Below the pieces are notes generated by a model that saw only the letters and a list, made by a program, of their open reading frames with translations, searched no databases and was not told the origin of the DNA. A stretch of 33,000 bases of DNA from contig OZ176056.1 of assembly GCA_964247055.1 (NCBI GenBank), positions 6,820,001 to 6,853,000 on the forward strand, read 5' to 3'. The DNA comes from Paragordius varius. Taxonomy: Eukaryota > Animalia > Nematomorpha. Shown here in pieces: positions 11,586-24,674 of this stretch. The position numbers were made by a program, and so were the translations under genes. The number at the start of each line of letters is the position of its first letter. The first letter of the stretch is position 1.

Positions 11586-12858
11586 GGGACGAATAATTTT
11601 TATTTAAAAATGTTTTTGAGTTTCCTTAAACATTTGTTTCAGTTTTACTTTATTTATTATTTAAATTTGCGCATTTTCTTGCCATAACAAAATAATAAAT
11701 TTGGGTATTGTTCATATATTGAATCATTATACTAAGCGTATGGATTTAGCAATATTTATTCAATTGTAATTTTTTGTTAATTGAAAATAATATACACTTT
11801 AAAACGTTGGGTGTAAATTAAACATTTAAAATGGTATAGTTATTCAAAGCTATTTGATTTAATTGGGTTTAATCTAGAAATGCTATAAATTCCGTATCAC
11901 CTGCAATAGATAGAAAAGTATTTTATGTTGGAGGCATACTCTAACATAGGGTGTCGCCCTAATCAAGTGCTGTATGTTAATAAAACTCAATAAAATTGCT
12001 TTTAAATGTGATATAGTAATATATTTTGATTTTGCTATCTGATTATAAACTTTTTAAATTGTTTTTTTGGTGAACTATGGAGATTTAATTTTATTATTGA
12101 ATCCATATGGTCTCATAAGCTTCCCGAATATTTCTATGACTTAAAAAAGCCTGATGCGCTAAAAGTTTTTTTAATTGATAATACAGGTCTTATAGCTTAT
12201 CCAAAAACTCGTCACGCTATGTATGGTGCAGCCTTATCAAGCGGATGGCGCCCTACCGAGCCGCTAATATAAAAAAGCGCTCAATTAAAATTTTGCCTTT
12301 CTACGGGGAGGACTGGACACCGTCAATGATTTTATGTGGTCTAATAACTTGGGCTAAATATTAAGTCAAGAATTTATTTGTGGGGATTAGTTTTCCTGCA
12401 AATGGGCTGAACACATAACCAGAGAGGCTAGCTCAAAGTATTGAGCCAACTATGTTTGGCGTGCGTAAAAAATGTTAAACATGCATATTGGGGGTTTCTC
12501 TTTGTTTCAACTCCTTAGTATTTTACTAATTGGGACTTAACTAAGAGGTTAATAAAAAAAGCTGCCTGACTATTGATAATAACTTTTAACTATGGTCCAG
12601 ACTTATCTCAAAAATAGCCTACACTTTCTGGCTTAAGTAAACTTGCTCAACTTGCCACTGACTTGCAAGTCAAGTGCGACTATTTTATCACGCCACCCAT
12701 TGTGTGATATTTGGGTATATCTTTCATACGCCGATCATCGAAATATAGTCGATGATGGGCGTCAGAAAATCCAAGCGCCTTATAAGAAAAATCAAATACA
12801 CAAAATGGCCATATATAGCTAACACAAAACATTTAGATTTGTATTAAGCAAACATTTA

Positions 12859-14098
12859 CACTGTGTGCAAAAAGAGGGTCATTTTGATTTAACGAAAATT
12901 TTTTTTTTCATGAGATAGCCTATGACCAGCGTATTCATTTGCCGCAAAATTTTTATTTGTTGACAACCTAGTTTTTGAAATATTTAAAGAAAATCGAAAT
13001 CAGGCAAAAAGTGAAAATTAAGGATAATTCAAAAAATAATGATAAAATTTGAAATATTATGTATTATCATTTTAGGAGATATTTTCAATATAGATATAGA
13101 AAATCATATAGTTTGGGTTTCTATACAATTTCAGGTCAAAAGATGGCGTTTTTTTTGTCACACTTAAAAGACAAAATAAATTTAATGTAACTATATTAAA
13201 AAAAAATTTTTAATTATTTACTACCTAAACTCACTATTTAAATCTTAGCATCATATTTTATTCAGTAAAATAAACTCTTAGATCCAAATAAAACCAAAAA
13301 TATAGTTTTTTATTTTTGAATTTTTTTGTCATCTGGTTTATGAGCGTATAAAAAATTTATACTGTTTTATTTTGGATTCTCACATGATTAGGAATTATTA
13401 AGTATATAATTTATGCAAAACAGGATTTAAAAGTAGTAAAATATCAACCAAAAAATCCTTAAAATTTCCTCTATCAAGTCTGTTTTATGACAAATTGATA
13501 TTTGTATTGGGATTTGTACAATTTGTTGGTTGATATTCCATTAATTGTCAATCCTATTTTGCATAAATTATATACTTAATAATTCCTAATTATGTGAAAA
13601 TCCAAAATAAAACATAAATTTTTTATACAGTCATATACCAGATGACAAAAAAATGCAAAAATAAAAAACAATATTTTTGGTTTTATTTCGATATGGAAGT
13701 TTATTTTACTAAATAAAATATGAATGTTAAGATTTTAATAGTGAGTTTAGGTAGTAAATAACTAAAAAAAAATATTATATTATAGTTTCATTAAATTTAT
13801 TTTGTCTTTTAAGTGTGACATAAGAAAAACGCCATCTTTTGACTTATAAAAACCAAAACTATATAATAGGCTATCTATATATTAAAAATATCTCCGATGA
13901 TAATAAACCATAATATTTTAAATTTTATCATTATTTTTTGAATATACTGAATTTTCACTTTTTGCCCGATTTCGATTTTCTCTCAATATCTCAAAAACTA
14001 GGTTGTCAACAAATAAAAAATTTTGCGGCAAATGAATACGCTGCTCATAAGCTATCTCATTAAAAAAAAATTTCGTTAAAAATTTTTTTCACACAGTG
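12859..14098. mobile_element. 1.24-kb foldback (near-palindromic) non-autonomous DNA transposon with CACTGTG/CACAGTG ends
   Basis: ~590-bp inverted arms (~12859-13450 vs ~13515-14098), e.g. gcgtattcatttgccgcaaaattttt / aaaaattttgcggcaaatgaatacgc. Flanked by TTTA on both sides. Ends are Transib- or Chapaev-like. Confidence 0.85.
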
Positions 14099-15262
14099 TT
14101 TATAAACCAAAAAAGATGAATTTTTAATAAATGTCTTTTTTGAAGACTTTTACTAAATTTGAACGTTAAATCATCAATAAACATTTGGATTAAATTAAGG
14201 AAACTAAATTAAAAAAAGATAAACTTTTATAGCAGAAATTTTTTTACAAATTTGGTTTTTAATTTTGTAAAACTCATGGAACATTTTAGGCGCACACATT
14301 TATGTGATGATAAAAGAATTACAGCTTAAATGAATGAAAGCTTAATTGGTAATCCATTTAATATCTTTAATTTTGGGATATAATTTTACCAATAATAACC
14401 ATATTAGTTTTACCTGAAGATCTGACACTTAATCATTAGCACTTTGTACGCAATGATATTTTAAAGTAATTTTCTACCCCTAGTTGAAAGTTGTTTAGGT
14501 TAAAATTAAGTTTTCCAACCCTTTTCTCCTCTATTAAATAATAAAACTTAGAATTTTTACAGAGTTTAACTTCAGTCCCGAATTCAAATATCTCCAAAGC
14601 ACAATTAAAACAAACAGCTGATATTAAAATCAATATTGTCCAAAATTTGCTTGTAACTTGTATTCTGACAACCTTACATTGCTAATTAATTATATTTTTC
14701 AACCATAATATACATTAATTTGCCTGTTGTATTAGCCATTTTAAAAAATGCGAAAAAGTTTGAGATTTATTTTTTTAACAAAAAATTTGTATATTTTTTG
14801 CAAGGTATCAATCTTTAATTAATTGAAGGGTAAATAAACAGTTGCCGAATGTGTTAGCAAATCGGTATTAAAATAGTTTCGTTATTATGTACCGGTTTTG
14901 TCAAACATTTAATTACCGCTAAGGACACTAAATGTCAAAGAACATGTTCAATTTTAATACGAATAACAGAGTTTAAAAGTCTAAAAATCTAAATTTATTT
15001 TAATTCGGCATCATATAATTCATATAAAAGAAATTAAATATAAAATTATCTATTAATCCCATATATTATATCAAAATATATATATATATATAAAGTTATT
15101 GGAAAACTCTTATTGTTACGTATGCCATGGTGTTGTTTTGGGAGAAAATCTAACAATATATATATATATTAAAAAATTTTTAAAAAGGTAAATAACAAAT
15201 CAAGGTGACTGATAAATATTTATTTATAAAAACCCGGTTCTTATTATTGTGGAAGGTAAAAT

Positions 15263-16712
15263 TTAGCCTTTAGTTTGTAATTTCTCAAATATTTGGTGAA
15301 AAACATATAAAGGTGGATATTTATCTCTCTATAGAAAACAATTCAATCATTTTCGACCTTATACAATATTTACAAACATATTATTTAATATTTGTGTGTT
15401 AAAGATCCTTTATTTGCCAAAAATTTTAGAAAATTAAATATAGAAAACCCAGAAAATATAACTTACATCAATAGACAAAGGATTTTGGGGCGTCAATTCA
15501 AGCGTATTCACATCGATTCGGAAAGAATCATATGGTGTATCTTTGATGTTAAGGCCTCTGTTCAAAGCAATTATACGATAGTTTGGTGCATTTTTAAGGG
15601 ATGCCATATTGTTTGTATCAGATGTTCCAAAAGGACTTTGTAAAGGTAATGAAGCTGATCGTGTTTTTCTTTGTAAACCATCTTGTGCTTTATTCACATC
15701 TAAAAAAGTTTAATGCAAAGTGAAGTTAATAATGTTAATTCTGTGAATTGTTTTAGATGTTTTTGTTTTAATTTGACAAATTTAGATGATTTTAACAAAA
15801 ATTAATTTATAAATTTATTATTAAGTTTGTAGATGTTTGCATAAAATTATAATCAAATTTGGATCTTTACAGTAAAAATTGAAATTTTACAGAAAAGTAA
15901 AAAGTTAAATGCTTTTTTTCTTTAAAAGACCCACACACTTTTTTAAAAATTTTCCTATAATAAATAAATTATATTTGTTATATATGTCACTGAATAAGGT
16001 ATCAATATAAATCTCTATATTATGCATTTCAATTACAATGAGCTAATGTTACAAAATATCTTATTTTTAAAAAAATATTTTTAAGATTTTACGTTTTGTC
16101 CATAAAATTTCAATTTTTACTTTACATGTGCTTACATATTATTCATTTAGGGGTGTTGTTTACGACTCTTGATTAATTTATATATTTAGATTAATAAATG
16201 AATGCAAATAAGTACCTATGAATAACAATTGATCGGATGGTTTTTCTACTGTGATAGTTAATCGGCAACCCGCTAATTGCAAGAATCCTGGGTTCCCCTC
16301 CTCCGAAAATTCTGTATACAATAAAACATATTTTTATAAGGAAAATTTAAGTCATATTTATTTATAAAAAAGAAATATATACTGTATATAGTTAAAATTT
16401 CATGGCCAGCAGCTAGCTTAGATACAGGTATATTTATAGGATTCACATTTGTGTTATTGTGACGAATCAAACATTTACCAATTTCTTCGAATTGATCTTG
16501 ACTAACTATTAGGCCGACTAGAGGACAAATATGTATTGAAAGATAATTTATATTAAACATTATAAAATGTCTCTTTTTAAATTTAATAATGTAAAGTTAA
16601 AGAATTATTCTTTTGTTTTAAAAGTTACTAATCATTATTCAAAATTAACGGCATAATAATACTAACCTTTGAAGGATAGGTAATATAAAATTCCAAAAAG
16701 TATAAGATCCAT
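15263..16712 (-). CDS. Secreted hypothetical protein / putative pro-protein, 5 exons, 159 aa
   Basis: Exons (minus) 16712-16667, 16517-16479, 16311-16216, 15699-15467, 15328-15263; 480 nt, GT-AG with plausible donors (gttagt, gtaaat, gtactt, gtaagt). Protein MDLILFGILYYLSFKVGLIVSQDQFEEIEFSEEGNPGFLQLAGCRLTITVEKPSDQLLFIDVNKAQDGLQRKTRSASLPLQSPFG...RDKYPPLYVFHQIFEKLQTKG*. Hydrophobic N-terminus; no family recognised. Confidence 0.7.
15870..16122. mobile_element. MITE family A (intronic in the secreted orphan gene)
   Basis: TA|cagtaaaaattgaaatttta ... gtccataaaatttcaatttttactt|TA. Confidence 0.75.
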
Positions 16713-17289
16713 GTTAAAAATTGTTCTACAATGGTATTACAATAGAGATATGTATATTTTATTTATAATTTAAAATAAAAATGATACTAAGCTTTGAAGG
16801 TGATTGTGATAATATTTTAGGGCTTAGAGTCAATATTAGCTTTTTCACATTAGTATTACGAGAATAGTAATGTCAAAAAGATTCAAAGGGGTATTAAAAA
16901 ATAAATAAACACATTAATACATACATATATAATTGTAAAGGTCAAGTCGTGTCCTTTACTACCTTGTACATGTCGTTTTAAACGCTCAATTACAGTATAT
17001 GCAACAAAAACTCAGCCTTGAACTATTAATAAATGTTAAAAAAATTTATTACAAAAAAAGTGTAAAAACGCAAAAGTATAAAATACTAAATTTCAAATGT
17101 ATAAGCATTTGTATTGTCGCCAAATCACCATTGTTATATGTATATGTATTTATCATGTTTTTCGATTTAATGATGTGTAATCCTTTTTAACTTTACGATT
17201 TTGTCCACCCCTTAACAAAAGTTTTTTAAGTCATTCTATTTGCCAATTTTATGCTAGAGTATACCATTAGCGTTACGTTTTTTAATATA

Positions 17290-17561
17290 CCATTTACACT
17301 TCTAATTCACCCTTAAACAATTCAAATTCAACCGTGAGCAATTCAATTTCACCATGGAACAATTCAACACCCTAAATAAATTATGTGTTTTTTAAGATTA
17401 AACCTATATTTTTTTATATTTCTTAAAAACGAAATTTTGTTTGTAAAAAATAATACTGAAAAAAGAATAAACTAAGCCATAGAGATATACATATTAGTAA
17501 ATGAGTTATATTAGCTTGAAAACACATAATTTATTTATAGGATGAATTTGAATGTAAATGG
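17290..17561. mobile_element. MITE family B (reverse orientation)
   Basis: TA|ccatttaca ... tgtaaatgg|TA; interior is the reverse complement of the other copies (aatactgaaaaa, aatgagttatattag). Confidence 0.8.
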
Positions 17562-20179
17562 TATACTGTTATAACTTCCATTGAAAGACACCAAAAATTT
17601 TAGATTTTTAACTAGTAGTTGAATTCATGATGATGAATGAACTTAGTTAGTCTTAACCTTTTAAGTTAATTAACCAACACTCAAATATTGTTAATTACCT
17701 AAAGTTGGCTCATTGAAAACACTAAAATGGCTCTTAGAATTTACTCTAATCTCTGGTCTTAAAGTTAATTTCCCCCTTTTTATCGTTTTTATTTTACGTA
17801 TTTGCCAATCGTATCCTTAACTAATCCATTTTTCTAGAGTATTTTTAGACTTGTTGAATACATACCGCAAAAATATTAGAATTTTTTTATATAGTTAAGA
17901 TTCTTCAGTGTAAATATATTTATAATAAGCCGTTAATTTCCTTTTTTAATGAGTAATATTTTGTAACATATATTTTAATTTTCCTGAAGCATTAATATAT
18001 AATAGGCTAATTTTAAATTTTTCAAGGCTTTGAGGTATTAAAATTTATTGACAACCATCAACTTTAAGTGTTTAAGTAGAGTAGCCCAACAAACACCGAC
18101 TTTGAATTTAACGGCTTTTCTCTTGGTATGAACAGTCCCTCACGAAAGTGGTATATAATGTGACATTAGAAGGCGTTTCCTTTTTTTTCTTAAAACACTG
18201 TTGGACATCTATAAATGGATCTTTTATAATAATTCCATTATTTTAACGTTAGATTTAATAGTTAAATCAGCAAGTAATCAGGTATAAAGTGAGTATTTCT
18301 CAAAAATATACTAAGCTACAGCGCTAGTGTTTAAGTTATATCTCTAGGTGTGATTTGCGCTAATCTAATGAATATTTTAAAAGTATTCCAGAATAATATT
18401 ATTAGAACTTTCATAACATGCTATATTTGAAGCATATACATTTTTTTATTATTGGAAAACAAAATACTTAAACATATTAATAATTAAAAGATTTGATTAA
18501 ATGTTTATCAGCTGTTTGAAAAATATTTTGTGTTAAATTCGCTCACATGGTTTTGAATACGTATTCTTATACCATATTGTAACTTATCAATGATTCTACT
18601 TAAAATATAAACTGATGAATGTCCAATTTAAAATTATTTCTATCATATAATGGAGTTTGGGTAATTTTTCCTTTTCTATTTCCTGACTGGTTTTCGAAAA
18701 ATCAAGGTTATGAAAGCGTAACAATTTTACATTAAAATTTATATAGAAATTATGGACCATTATAATTTCACAAACAAAAACTCAAAGGATCAGCGAGATA
18801 TACATATGAGTATAATATTTTTAGCCTTTTCAAATGAATAATTAATTTTTTTCACAATAATGATCGGGCCAATCGTTTGGCATTCGTTTTTATCACTTTA
18901 TTACCTTTTAGGATAGTTTTATACCTTAGTGCAACTTTAAACCAATATCGTATATAATAAATTTGAGATATTGTGGCAAATTTTGAAATATGCATTCTTT
19001 AGGCTCTAGCATCAAAAAAAATATCATTGAAAAACTTTTTTTACAATCGTCACACAATCTTTTATAATTAATTTTTACTCGAAACAGCCTTTATAACAAT
19101 ATTGCCCATTGTTAATCAAAACAGAAGTTTTAAAATTAAATGTTTAATTTAAAATCTAAATTCATACGTGTTCGAACTATATTTTATCATTGCAACATAT
19201 GTTGCTAAATATTTTTTATTTCGTTCAAATGATATTAAAATGGAACGTAAATTTTCTTTCCTTTATTCTATATACTTATAAAATGGAAAATGCTGGCACT
19301 GTGATCTGTTTTCTGAAAACCGGTAGACACATTGAAGTCCGAATGAAATATAATAATTAATGAATGCCCCCCCGACAATGCCCCTTTTTTGAATTAGACT
19401 CCCAGTTTGGGGGGCCCTTTTTCATTATTTATATTAAATTTGGGCCACATGTCTATTTTGCGGGGGGAGGGGAGGACTAAAATTTATTACCTTTTTTATT
19501 TGCAGATATATAAGTAATGATTGTCTGATTGAAGTATACTGGCAAAGAATAAAGAGAATTATTATTGAAAAGGAAGAAAAAGCGAAAAAATACATTTTTT
19601 TATCTCAATAAGCGGTTTTATTATAGGTTGATAATTAATAAACACCTTTAAATTGTCTCCAGTTAACACCTTACAAAGGGAAAATAGTTAAGCAATAAAT
19701 AAAAGAGTATATTTAAATAACGCCAAAAATTAAGCGAAGCTCATAAATTTTAAAATATTTTGTTATTAAAAATTATAGTAGAATAGTTTTATGAGAATTC
19801 ACAAAATTTTGACAGGTGTAATTATTGTGCCTCTGTTATATTAAAATAATTACAAATAAAATTTTATTTGCAATAATATATTCATATAGCGTGAAAATAT
19901 ATTTAGTTTTTTTATGTAGTGTGAAAAACAATTTACATATTTTATTTTTATGAGGAAATGGGTTAATGTAAATGTTAATATTATTGAGTCAAAAAAAACA
20001 AAGAGCAAAAAATGCATTTTTTCACTATCCATTAAATTTTAGCCATAATGATTTTGTTTGTTGCTTTATTAATTTCTCGCAATTTTAATAGTGAACAAAA
20101 AAAGCAGGGAAAAAACACATTGATCATAACAATATTTTCTAACAAGTAATCTAAATTTATATATATTGTTTACACAATA

Positions 20180-20375
20180 TGCAATTTAATGCAGGCCAAC
20201 TCACATTTATGTTGGCCAATTTATATTACAGCAAAGTATGGGAAATAATAATAATTTTTAAAAATGTTTTTCAATGCATGCATACATTGTGAATAAAATT
20301 CACAGAATGATTGTTTTTCACATACATTACTGTATTGAATTGGCCAACATTTGTTAGCTTGATACATTAATACAT
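20180..20375. mobile_element. Small inverted-repeat element (MITE-like)
   Basis: atgttggccaatt..tacagcaaagtatg vs catacattactgta..aattggccaacat form imperfect inverted arms. Confidence 0.45.
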
Positions 20376-20959
20376 TATTTTATAATGTTTTTAACCTCTG
20401 ATGCATGTTATATTCAAATTATTTTTATTTCTAACTACATAAAATTTACGATAAACTTTCACCACACGCTAAAACAGGGGTCGGCAATTTTTTCAACACG
20501 CCATCAAAATTTAAAAATCTTGACGGTCCGCACATTCACATTCCATTTAATTGTACATTTATTTATTTATCAGGCCTTCGAACCGGAATTTGGTTCTTGT
20601 TTTGGGAACCGATTCCTCCATTATTAGTTTATTTTTAAGAAGTTTGCCCGCTGCTATCCCTAGGTAGGCCCGTATTCCGCGCATGTGTTGACAATGTGTT
20701 TATATGAAAAACGAATATGTGAGCATGCAGGCGAGTGAAATAGAGAAAGCTTCACCAAACAAGTTGTCCCATTCGTGAATTAGGAATTGAGTCCTAATAT
20801 TAATATAGGTTTATAATTATGTCCATGTTACAGCATGTCATGATTTATCGCATAAGGATGAGATTGCACAAATTAACAATACCTGGCAATTCGCAGCGCT
20901 TTTAATTATTAAGTACCGTTGTAGCCAGTTGTGATGAAGTTATAACAGCATTATCATTG

Positions 20960-21426
20960 TTTTTGAACCAGTTACGGTTGCTACAGCGGAACGTCCATTC
21001 AATTATATTAGATGCAAGATGGCTGAAAAAAGGTTAAGCAATTTATCGTTACTTGAAACGGAGATGGCGGATTAAATGGATAAAAAAGATATAATTAAAA
21101 ACTTTTCTCACGCAAAATCGAGAAAACGAAGTTTTAAACATTTTCTGATTAATACATGCTCTAAATAAATTATTTTATTTCAAACTTTAAAAATACACGC
21201 TAAGATTAAAGAATTGGCGGTGGTTAGGGTGGGAGTGTGGGTACTAACCATATATAAAAATACCAGGAACGCAAAACTTTTTAACTCAGGATGCTAAGTC
21301 ATGTAAATATTATCGGGTGATGCCCCAGGTCAAACGATTTTTTTTGGGGAAAGAGGGGCCCGTATTTAAATCTTGTGGGGGGGGGGGGGGGTGGGGGGTG
21401 GCACACATTTTATAGTTCCGCCGTTG
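20960..21426 (+). mobile_element. hAT remnant nested in Helitron copy 1 (dimerisation-domain fragment + right TIR)
   Basis: Broken translation PVTVATAERPF..NYIRCKMAEKRLSNLSLLE..MDKKDIIK; G-rich subterminal tract and end tagttccgccgttg. The Helitron sequence resumes immediately after. Confidence 0.65.
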
Positions 21427-21749
21427 CACCCCGTGTAAAAAACGGTTTTTATGAAATCAGAAGTCCACAAAAATTGTGTCATTGAGACAATTTTTCGGAA
21501 AACTTGTTGGACCATTTGATTTCAATTATGATTTTTTTAGTTTTTTTCGATTGCGCGAAACATAGTCGGCACGTTTTAATTTAAGCCCTCTTTTTACCCG
21601 CTCCCCCATAAAATGCCATTTTTTTTTAAAAAAAACTAAGTCCACAAAAATAATTTTTTTAATCTATTTTTTCGCCCAAGGTATGAGACCATAAAAATTT
21701 ATTAAGTATTCCAGGCATTCCCAGTTAAACGGCAAAAACTTTAGTAGTG

Positions 21750-22960
21750 CGTTTCTTTTATATTGGCTGATGGTGAGGAGCTACCCGCTAAAAACTGATC
21801 CGTCATATCGAAATAGTGTGCTTGGGGCTAAATTTTAAAAAACCCATCAGGCCATATGAGTTCAATAGCTGCTTAAAATATTACCCCTAAGAAGGCAAAA
21901 TTAGATCGTGGTGGTTTTTTAAAATTAGCCGTTAATTAGGCCCAGCGCGCCCTGAAAAATTTGAGGCAATTTTTCCGAAAACTAATGATAGCATATAGAA
22001 TCAATCATGATTCCAAGTGTTCTCCGTAAATAGGCAAAAATTTTAACCAGACGCTTTTTTTGTATCAGTCTATGGGTAGGGAGCTACCCGCCTAAAACTG
22101 TAACACTATAAAGTTGCCTTGTTTAGGAGTTTTTTTCAGAAAACTTATCAGGCCCCATAAGTTTAATATAAGCCTGAAATACTACTCGTAAAAAGGCAAA
22201 AATTTACGTATAGCGGTTTTTTAAAATTAGCCGTTAATAAGGCCCTTTACGCCCTAAAAAATGCGCTATCATTGAACTATTATTTAGTTTTGAAGCCATT
22301 CTTCCAAAAACTATTTAGAACATATGGAATGAATGATTATTTTTCCTATACGGCAAAATCTTTTATCAAACGTCTTTTTTAGATTGGCCTCTGCGTAGGG
22401 GGCTACACGCTAACAACTGCGTCACCATATCGAAGCAGCATGCTTTTAGAGCTAAATTTGAGAAAATCTATGATTCTAATAGGAGCATATGGAATCCATG
22501 ATAATTCCAGATATTCACCATATAAAGTAAAAATTTTGCTTAACACTTTTTTATATCTGCCCCTGGGTAAGGAGCTACCCGCCAAAAACTGCATATAGCA
22601 ATTGCGTTGTTTTAAAGCTAATTTACTGAAATTTTATGAAGCGATATAAGCTCATTAAAAGCTTGAAATACTACCCGTAACTAGGCAAGAAGAACAGGTT
22701 TTTTTAGCCTTAAATTTGGGGCCCTTATTTAAAGATACGCCATTCATAACGATTACTTAGTATTAAGGTATTTTTTTGAATAACCCATGAGACGATGGTA
22801 TCAAAGATAATTCCAAATATTTCCTTCCTATAAAGGCAAAGAATATAACACAGCGCTTTTTCTACATAGGTATATGGGTAGGGGTCTACCGGTTTAAAAA
22901 ATGAGACGCCATACAAAATTGGCGTGGTTTTAAACCTAATTTTCAAAAAACTTAAAAAGC
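21750..22960 (+). repeat. Degenerate ~300-bp tandem array inside Helitron copy 1
   Basis: Motif g(a/g)gctacccg..aaaactg recurs at ~21778, 22081, 22401, 22573 and 22883; tttaaaattagccgttaat at ~21918 and ~22220. Confidence 0.7.
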
Positions 22961-24086
22961 CATACTTGATGTCAAAAATAAAGCTTTTTTCGCACGTTTC
23001 ACCCAATGCATATGTTTTTTTATACTAAGATCATTGCTAAATAAATATTTTTTGTTAGCATTGTTAAAATTTGGTGTGCTTGGGGCCTTTATACTATTAA
23101 ACTCGCTCAACAATATGTTTTTGAGGCTATTTTTCGTTAAAATTATGACATAATAAATATAATAGGAGTGCAGATCGCGTATAAAGGCAAAAAAATTTGC
23201 TCCCACCCTCCAAGAAGTCCGAAGGACTTCCTCGGGCTGTGTAGCAACCCGAGATTTACGCTAGTTATTTATATTTTGCAACCATAATATACATTTATTG
23301 CTTGGTGTATTTACGATATAATAAATAAATATTTTCTTAAAAAAAAATTCTATATCGTCCGCTTAAAAGGCTAAAGAAGGCATATTTTAAAATTTGGGCC
23401 AATGCTAAAAATATTTTTTAACATATTTTAATTTTAAAAGAGCCTGGGTTATAAAACTACAAAGACCAAGAAGTATTAATATAAAGGGCATAAAAATGTT
23501 CGCACAAGCTTTTTAATATAAATTAAAACACATTTACGCCAATAAGTATAGTTCATATATTTATTTTTATTACATATATCCATCATTTTGTTTGTCATTT
23601 TATCTATTTATTGAAGATATAACTTCTCTGAGTTAATCAATCACTAATTCTATCATATCACATTTAAGTATAGATTATTATTAAATATATATTAAATATA
23701 TATAAATTAAAATTTTTAAAAACTGGCTTAGGAACAATCGCATTTCGGACAGCAGTTTGGAAATATGAGTGCATGATCTTTCGTTATCCGGCAATTCGGA
23801 CAAGACACTGCTTTACATCTATTTTATGAATAGCAAAAAAACTTATAATTATACACAATACCTTAGTATGTTTATAATTTTGGGAATCATGTGGTTTAAG
23901 CTTTTGGTATTTTTGGAGAGATATAAGCATCTCCTTCCAGAATCAATATTTGAAGGTGCATATAAAATAATATAATTTTCAATTATTAAAGAATAAAGAA
24001 GTAAAAACTAAAAAGAGATTTTATTTTGTAACAGATGATATAAAGTTTTTCAATTAGTATTAATATTTATAATGTTATAGTTATCT

Positions 24087-24287
24087 CAGATATGTAGCTA
24101 GAAGGGGGACCGTACCGGGCGCAAAGGGGCTTTCAAAAAAAGCTAATTAAAAGTTATTATTTTCACCCATTTATGAGTGGCCATGACCACGGTTCGAATT
24201 TGTATATTTTATTAAAATGCAAGAGGGGCATAGGGGCCCCATCACGGGTTCCTGCTATAGGCGCTAGAAATGTAAGCTACGCCCCTG
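24087..24287. mobile_element. hAT-type MITE, 201 bp
   Basis: Ends cagatatgtagct / agctacgcccctg; 8-bp TSD agttatct / cgttatct (7/8). Confidence 0.75.
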
Positions 24288-24674
24288 CGTTATCTTTACC
24301 CAATATATCAAAATGACAACCCAACACCCTAAATTACAATCAGATTTTATCCATGAACCTTAAAAAAATAATCTTTAACTCACTGTTTGCACTTAAGTCT
24401 TAATTGATCGTTATTGAATTTGACACAAAGACATAGACGGCAGTCTCGTAAATCGATTTTAGTTTGGTTGGCCACCTCGCATGTTTCTAGAAATGTTATA
24501 CAAAAGATTAATAGGCATGTATAAATTGATAAATATAAAGTGTCCAAGTTCAATCATTTTGGTAGAATTGAAATTTATAATTATTTTTTATTAATTTATA
24601 AAAAATGCTTTTAAAAATGTTTTACAAAATTTTATTAGGTAAACATATGATTTAAATATAAAAAAAATTATATA

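Larger units (their letters stand above)
19267..23264 (+). mobile_element. Non-autonomous Helitron, copy 1 (with nested insertion ~19418-21427)
   Basis: 5' TCtatatacttataaaatggaaaatgctgg; 3' hairpins gaagtccgaaggacttc (23214-23230) and ctcgggctgtgtagcaacccgag (23231-23253), then CTAG|T. Homologous to 29312-31250 in reverse complement. Confidence 0.85.

Noticed and set aside
15392-15643. Plus-strand 83-aa ORF (also antisense ORFs 6681-6875, 8907-9113 and 4456-4656)
   Set aside because: Antisense shadows of real exons or of the decayed transposase.
17900-18400. Possible Tc1 transposase remnant (KAVKFKVGVCWA..YLKALKNL, minus strand)
   Set aside because: Similarity too faint, and no TIRs found.
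22403-23206. ORFs inside Helitron repeats (also 31008-31241)
   Set aside because: They lie in tandem non-coding units, frames are not shared between units, and no Rep or helicase motifs are present.
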